Source of the DNA: Dehalococcoidia bacterium
GTDB lineage: Bacteria > Chloroflexota > Dehalococcoidia > GIF9 > AB-539-J10
Direction: 5' to 3'
Length of the DNA stretch: 62,192 bases
NCBI GenBank assembly: GCA_021162545.1
Contig: JAGGYM010000011.1
Span: 1-62,192, forward strand
Below, one piece after another: positions 57,736 through 62,192 of this stretch (the first letter of the stretch is position 1; each line of letters starts with the position of its first letter). The notes under the pieces are model-generated. The model saw nothing but the letters and a program-made list of their open reading frames with translations, was not told where the DNA came from and searched no databases. The position numbers and the translations under genes were made by a program.

Positions 57736-58365
57736 TTATGCGGCAACCTGGTACACCCACACCTGAAGGTAGACATCAGGGTCTCCCCCGGGAAGCGCCT
57801 GAAACTTTTCACCAGCTTCCACAAATGCCCACTTGCCCCCTACTTCCAGCGCCTCCTGTTTTTTTCTGAAGCCCCCTCGCTCCAGTATGCTGAGGTTCAG
57901 GGTGAACACGATGTATCCACCAGGTCTGGCAATGCGGACCAGTTCATCTAGAGAACTGGCAGGAGCGTGCCCCTCGGTGAACACGCCAACGCTGATAATG
58001 CCATCAAAGGAGTCGGAGGCAAAGCCCAATGGCTCTCCCATTATCATCTGGTGGAAATCCCTGTATGCCTCCTTCTTACGCGCTTCTTCGAGCATGCCCT
58101 GGGACAAATCCATAGCCACCAGATTGGCATAGCCCTCTTCAGCCAGGTATTTGCCCACCAGCCCGCTGCCAGCCCCGGCATCGAGAATCCTGGCCCACTG
58201 TGGCACATAGCGAGCGAAAATTTCTACGGCGCGCTGCGGCGCCAGATAAGCGAACTTCTCTTCAAGGTCAGCATCATAATCACGGGCCCACCGGTCATAC
58301 CTCTCGGACAATTCTTCATTGCCCCGCGTGGAGTAAATCCACTGGAGTTTATCCTGCTCATTCAT
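57736..58365 (-). CDS. class I SAM-dependent methyltransferase
   Basis: Start trimmed to MNEQDKLQWIY (ATG 58365, AAGGAG 7 nt upstream). SAM motif I is ILDAGAGSGLVG. Confidence 0.85.
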   Translation of the reverse strand: MNEQDKLQWIYSTRGNEELSERYDRWARDYDADLEEKFAYLAPQRAVEIFARYVPQWARILDAGAGSGLVGKYLAEEGYANLVAMDLSQGMLEEARKKEAYRDFHQMIMGEPLGFASDSFDGIISVGVFTEGHAPASSLDELVRIARPGGYIVFTLNLSILERGGFRKKQEALEVGGKWAFVEAGEKFQALPGGDPDVYLQVWVYQVAA

Positions 58366-58651
58366 AAAAATCTCCTTTATTTTCAACAAAGCTCGCGTTT
58401 TTGTGCTTGCTATACAAGCCCCCTCTCCAGGCAAACGCCTGGAGGTATTCTCTCTTCTTATAGCGGGTCTTCTCTGTAGCGCTGGAGCAATTTCTGCGGC
58501 CTGTGATATAGCTCTGCCTGCGGACAACAGGTATTATATCATGCAGCATCCAGGACATACTATACAGTTTTTGAAATAAGGATACGCGGGATTAGTCACT
58601 TAAAATGAATATCATTCCTGACCTGATACCAAAGATGGAGGTTGTTTCTTC

Positions 58652-60061
58652 TTACTCATTGCTCGGAGTGGTTGTCCTGCCCTCTCGTCGCAATATCTCC
58701 CGGGCTGCTATTGTTCCCGAAGCTGAAGCCTGCACCAGTCCCCGGCTGATGCCGGCGCCGTCCCCGGCGGCAAACGCATTGCCTATTTCGGTCTCCATGC
58801 AAGGGGATAGCTTTAGCTGGCTGGAGTAGAATTTGACTTCTATCCCGTAGAGCAGGGTATGCGGAGAAGCAACTCCGGGAGCTAATTTGTCCATGGCCTG
58901 AAGCATTTCCACTATGCTCTTGAGGTAACGATAGGGGAGGGCAAAACTCAGATCTCCCGGGGTTGCTGCCATCAGGCTGGGCTCTATCGGGCTGTGCTGG
59001 ATGCGGGAGGGGGTAGAACGGCGACCATCCAGCAAATCCCCCAGCCGTTGTATCAACACATTGCCGCTGAGGATGTTGGCCAGTCGTGCCAGGTATTTAC
59101 CATAGGCAATGGGCTCGTGGAAGGGTTCGGTAAAGGTTGTGCTCACCAGAATGGCGAAATTGGTGTTCTGCGTTCTGGGCTTAGCATAGCTAACTCCATT
59201 GACCGTGATTACGGGATCGGCCCCTCCTGTAGATTCTGTGACCACCTCTCCACCAGGACACATGCAGAAGGTTCTCACCCGATCATCGAAGCTTCTGGAA
59301 TAGAATTCAAGCTTTGCTTCATAGAGTACCGCGGTGAATTTCTCCATGACTGCCATGGGAATCTCCACTCGCACGCCCACGTCGATAGGGTTGGAGTTGA
59401 GGCCCAGCTTTAGCCTCCTGGTTTCGTTCACCAGCCATTCTGAGCCTTCTCTCCCTGGAGCCAGGATAAGATAACGACAAGAGATTTTTTCGCCGTCGCT
59501 GGTTTCAATAGCCTGGATTTTGCCTCCAGCGGTGATGATGCTGTTCGTTGCTGTGCCCAGCCTTATATCTATCCAGGGTGACAGGTACTCATACATGGCC
59601 TTTAGCACCTGATAGCAATTTTCCGTTCCCAGGTGGCGCAATTTGACAGGGATCAGTTTGAGTCCGGCCAGGGCAGCTTGACGCTCCAGGTCGGCTATCC
59701 CTTCTCCCGTTCCGTAGGTTTCCAGGGGAGCGCCGAACTTGAGATAGACCGAGTCGACATAATCGACAAGTGCTTCGGTCTGGGGAGGCCCGATCAAATC
59801 TCGAAGCCGTCCACCTATCCGGGAGGAGAGGGTCAATTTGCCATCGCTGAAAGCTCCAGCTCCTCCGAAACCACTTACCAGATGGCAGGGAGAACAAAGT
59901 GTGCAGCGCTCTCTTCGTTTCTGGCTGGGGCAGATCCGGGCATCAATTTTTTGCCCCTTATCCAGAAGAAGTACCTTGAGCCCAGCCTGACATAACTCCA
60001 GACTGGCAAAAATACCGGCTGGACCGGCTCCAACAATGACGACATCGTATCTCTTAGCCAA
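58652..60061 (-). CDS. FAD-dependent oxidoreductase (uncharacterized FAD-dependent dehydrogenase family)
   Basis: 469 aa with an N-terminal YDVVIVGAGPAGIFASLEL dinucleotide-binding motif. Confidence 0.75.
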   Translation of the reverse strand: MAKRYDVVIVGAGPAGIFASLELCQAGLKVLLLDKGQKIDARICPSQKRRERCTLCSPCHLVSGFGGAGAFSDGKLTLSSRIGGRLRDLIGPPQTEALVDYVDSVYLKFGAPLETYGTGEGIADLERQAALAGLKLIPVKLRHLGTENCYQVLKAMYEYLSPWIDIRLGTATNSIITAGGKIQAIETSDGEKISCRYLILAPGREGSEWLVNETRRLKLGLNSNPIDVGVRVEIPMAVMEKFTAVLYEAKLEFYSRSFDDRVRTFCMCPGGEVVTESTGGADPVITVNGVSYAKPRTQNTNFAILVSTTFTEPFHEPIAYGKYLARLANILSGNVLIQRLGDLLDGRRSTPSRIQHSPIEPSLMAATPGDLSFALPYRYLKSIVEMLQAMDKLAPGVASPHTLLYGIEVKFYSSQLKLSPCMETEIGNAFAAGDGAGISRGLVQASASGTIAAREILRREGRTTTPSNE

Positions 60062-60082
60062 AGACGTGGCCCTTTTAAACCT

Positions 60083-61051
60083 TCAATAGCTTCGGTGCCA
60101 GTTCTCATCCACCTCGCAGGCTTCGAACCTGGTGTGCCAGGGAGCCCCGTGGGCATTGGCTAATCCGGTCAGATTGGTTAACCTCTCAACCACTATGGTC
60201 TCCAGGAAACTGGCCCTCGCTTTCCGGGAGCTAATCCGGGTAGCTTCCTGCCACAGGGCACGGCCGCCGAGAAAACCCGAAGCTCCAGCCCTGCAGGCCG
60301 TTTCAACCTGCTGGCAGAAGATATCGTAGTTCACTCCGGCGCTGAGGATAACCCAGGGGACCGCACTGGCTTCGTCAAGCTTATGACAGAGTTCCAGCCA
60401 TTTGCCCTTATCCTGCTGATATTCCGGGTCGGCGGGAAATTCTGCCTTGAGCAGGTCTATCGGAAGGGAAGTAATTTGTTTTGCTGTCTCTATAACCAGC
60501 TCCGGCTTCATCCCGGCGAAGTCCTCTTTCTCTTCATTTATGCGGTAGCTTACCGGCTCAACTACAAGTGGAATATCCTCGGCAAGGCAATCATCAGCCA
60601 GTTGCCTTACCATGTCCAGTTGTCTTGAAGCAACGCTTGCATCAGGGCGGTAATAGAGCAGCAACTTGGCAGCCGACGCGCCCATCTTCTTTATCTTGTG
60701 TACACTCCAATCAGGCACCAGAGTGGTAATTCGCTCTCCGCTGTCTCCCGAGTAGCCGCTCTCCTCCATGCTTACCAGCAACCCCGTGCTCTTGGGCAGA
60801 ACCCCAACGCTTACCGCTTGAGCTGCACCATAAATCGGATCGAGCAGTATAGCACTGGCATGCAAACCCAGAATTCGACACAGGTCCAGCTTGAAATCGA
60901 CCATCGCCTGGTAGCTAACCTCCTGTGAATTATCTCCAGAGAGCATCTTTTTCAGGGAACCCCTGTGGTCAAGGGCACACATGGTCATGATTCCTTTGTT
61001 ATTGGCCAGTTGCTGCAATCCTCTCAGCTTTCCTGTAGATAACTTCCTCAT
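60083..61051 (-). CDS. class I aldolase of the LacD (tagatose-1,6-bisphosphate aldolase) family
   Basis: 322 aa. LQQLANNKGIMTMCALDHRGSLKKM, ILLDPIYG, AKLLLYY, AEDIPLVVEP and LSAGV resemble LacD throughout. Confidence 0.8.
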   Translation of the reverse strand: MRKLSTGKLRGLQQLANNKGIMTMCALDHRGSLKKMLSGDNSQEVSYQAMVDFKLDLCRILGLHASAILLDPIYGAAQAVSVGVLPKSTGLLVSMEESGYSGDSGERITTLVPDWSVHKIKKMGASAAKLLLYYRPDASVASRQLDMVRQLADDCLAEDIPLVVEPVSYRINEEKEDFAGMKPELVIETAKQITSLPIDLLKAEFPADPEYQQDKGKWLELCHKLDEASAVPWVILSAGVNYDIFCQQVETACRAGASGFLGGRALWQEATRISSRKARASFLETIVVERLTNLTGLANAHGAPWHTRFEACEVDENWHRSY

Positions 61052-61053
61052 AT

Positions 61054-62022
61054 TTACACCGCCAGCACTTTAATTAGCTTCAGGGAGTTGCTGTCCAGCT
61101 CCTTTTGCTTCTCACAGGTTTCTCGCAAAGGGGTGAGCGTTATCTCGCCCTTTATTTCTCCCACCATGTAACCTGTCTTTCCCGCGACCAGGGCATCCAC
61201 GGCTGCGCTCCCCAGTTTGCTGGCCAGAATTCTGTCTCTGGCTGTGGGCGAACCGCCTCTCTGTATATAACCCAGGACGCAAACCCGGTAGTCAAGTCCC
61301 AGTCTTTCCCAGACCTGCTGGGCAATGGGAAATACTCCACCGGCGTCGTCTCCCTCGGCAACTACCACGATGTGGTATTTCTTGCCTCGCTCAAAGCTAT
61401 TCCTTATGTCACGGGCAAGTTCCTCTATCCTGGTCTCGACCTCCGGGATGAGAATGTTTTCAGCTCCGGAAGCGATTCCCACATCCAGGGCTATAAAGCC
61501 CCTGCTCCTGCCCATGACCTCAACAAAGAAAGTACGCTCTAAGGCCCCCGCGGTATCCCTGATCTTGTCTATGGCATCCAGGGCGGTATTTAAGGCGGTG
61601 TCGAAGCCAATGCTGTAATCGGTGCCGTAAATGTCGTTGTCAATGCTGCCGGGGATGCCGATTACCTTTACATCTCCCTCCTGCGCCAGAGCCGTGGCAC
61701 CTCGAAAGGTGCCGTCTCCACCTATGAGGATCAATCCCCCGACATCTCTTTGTTGCAGGATATGAATTGCTTTTTTGATGCCCTCGGGAGTTTTCATCTC
61801 GTCGCAGCGAGCGGTCTCCAGAAAAGTACCTCCTCGCTGAAGGATATTGGCCACCGATCTGGGAGGTAACTCTATGAAGTCATCTTCGAGCAGGCCTCTG
61901 TAGCCCTGCCGGATCCCCTCCACCTTTACTCCATGTCTGGCGGCACAACGAACAACTGCTCTTATGCAGGCATTCATGCCCGGAGCATCACCTCCACTGG
62001 TTAAAACGGCAATCCTTTCCAC
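61054..62022 (-). CDS. pfkA: ATP-dependent 6-phosphofructokinase
   Basis: 322 aa with a GTG start, IAVLTSGGDAPGMNA, GGDGTF and MGR motifs. Confidence 0.93.
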   Translation of the reverse strand: MERIAVLTSGGDAPGMNACIRAVVRCAARHGVKVEGIRQGYRGLLEDDFIELPPRSVANILQRGGTFLETARCDEMKTPEGIKKAIHILQQRDVGGLILIGGDGTFRGATALAQEGDVKVIGIPGSIDNDIYGTDYSIGFDTALNTALDAIDKIRDTAGALERTFFVEVMGRSRGFIALDVGIASGAENILIPEVETRIEELARDIRNSFERGKKYHIVVVAEGDDAGGVFPIAQQVWERLGLDYRVCVLGYIQRGGSPTARDRILASKLGSAAVDALVAGKTGYMVGEIKGEITLTPLRETCEKQKELDSNSLKLIKVLAV

Positions 62023-62032
62023 TCTCTGTTTG

Positions 62033-62060
62033 ATTATAGCACATGGACGTGAGCATTCAA
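62033..62060 (-). promoter_or_regulatory. candidate pfkA promoter abutting the start codon
   Basis: Minus strand: TTGAAT (62060-62055), 16 nt spacer, TGcTATAAT (-10 at 62038-62033). Only 10 nt separate it from GTG 62022. Confidence 0.4.
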
Positions 62061-62103
62061 TCCTGGCCCAAATTTACCACTGACTGTCGAAAAACGTAGC
62101 TAA

Positions 62104-62188
62104 ATGGGGTGACTGCATCGGTTTATGGGCACTACATTTTTTCAAATCAAAGCTATTTCTAATCCCTGGGTTTTTATGGGGACTACAT
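62104..62188. repeat. three copies of a 13-15 nt motif upstream of the pfkA promoter
   Basis: ATGGGGTGACTGCAT (62104-62118), ATGGGCACTACAT (62125-62137) and ATGGGGACTACAT (62176-62188). Start-to-start spacings are 21 and 51 nt. The region is truncated by the window edge. Confidence 0.6.
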
Positions 62189-62192
62189 CGAC

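Noticed and set aside
62104-62188. Start of a CRISPR array at the window edge.
   Set aside because: The repeat units are only 13-15 nt and imperfect, with irregular spacings of 21 and 51 nt. That is inconsistent with CRISPR repeats of 24-48 nt separated by regular spacers, and no cas genes are present.
1-62192. Search for tRNA or rRNA genes, transposases or IS ends, integrases, toxin-antitoxin pairs, restriction-modification or other defence systems.
   Set aside because: No intergenic stretch contains a T-arm-like GGTTCGAAnCC or a cloverleaf. No ORF shows DDE or tyrosine-recombinase signatures. Every ORF longer than about 100 aa that is not an antisense shadow is accounted for by housekeeping or metabolic functions.

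Overview
This 62 kb window is a densely packed core-housekeeping region of a bacterial chromosome. By gene content it is probably from Chloroflexota or a similar compact lineage, but that placement is an inference. I recognise about 80 protein genes and no rRNA, tRNA, CRISPR array, transposase, prophage or defence genes.

The centre (7.1-26.9 kb, minus strand) is one contiguous ribosomal supercluster: rpsL-rpsG-fusA / S10 / spc / alpha / truA-rplM-rpsI.

Flanking genes, left to right:
- ald (5' part only) divergent from an Lrp/AsnC regulator
- pdxS, a SpoIIIAA/Ycf45-like ATPase, tmk, mnmA, rnhB, yraN
- a pantothenate operon (DUF2520 reductase-panD-panB-panC)
- surE, def, dnaN, rdgB, and a class V FBP aldolase/phosphatase
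- purF-purM-purH
- a PncA-PncB fusion convergent with a sirtuin
- csaA-like, ABM, cvpA, trxA, tatD, a J-domain protein, nfeD
- birA plus an SSS symporter, then tyrA-aroA-gmk and an Fe-ADH
- a minus-strand operon: methyltransferase, archaemetzincin, APH/P-loop kinase fusion, ahcY, metK
- an FAD oxidoreductase, a LacD-type aldolase and pfkA

I found no large novel multi-gene system. The best leads are small or regulatory:
1. An unlisted 31-codon bS22-like gene inside the S10 operon (21788-21883).
2. A structured, terminator-ended leader with bulged-A hairpins upstream of the pan operon, a candidate pan RNA motif.
3. A BirA-operator-like palindrome over the birA promoter and start codon, with a co-operonic SSS symporter as a candidate biotin transporter.
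4. A nicotinamidase-NaPRTase fusion next to a sirtuin.
5. Several -10 boxes only 10-11 nt from start codons, suggesting leaderless mRNAs.
6. surE, which has only a non-canonical ATA start available.

rpmJ and the bS22-like gene fall below the 60-aa ORF-track cutoff and were found by manual translation. Several ORF-track starts were trimmed to conserved N-termini and Shine-Dalgarno-supported start codons.
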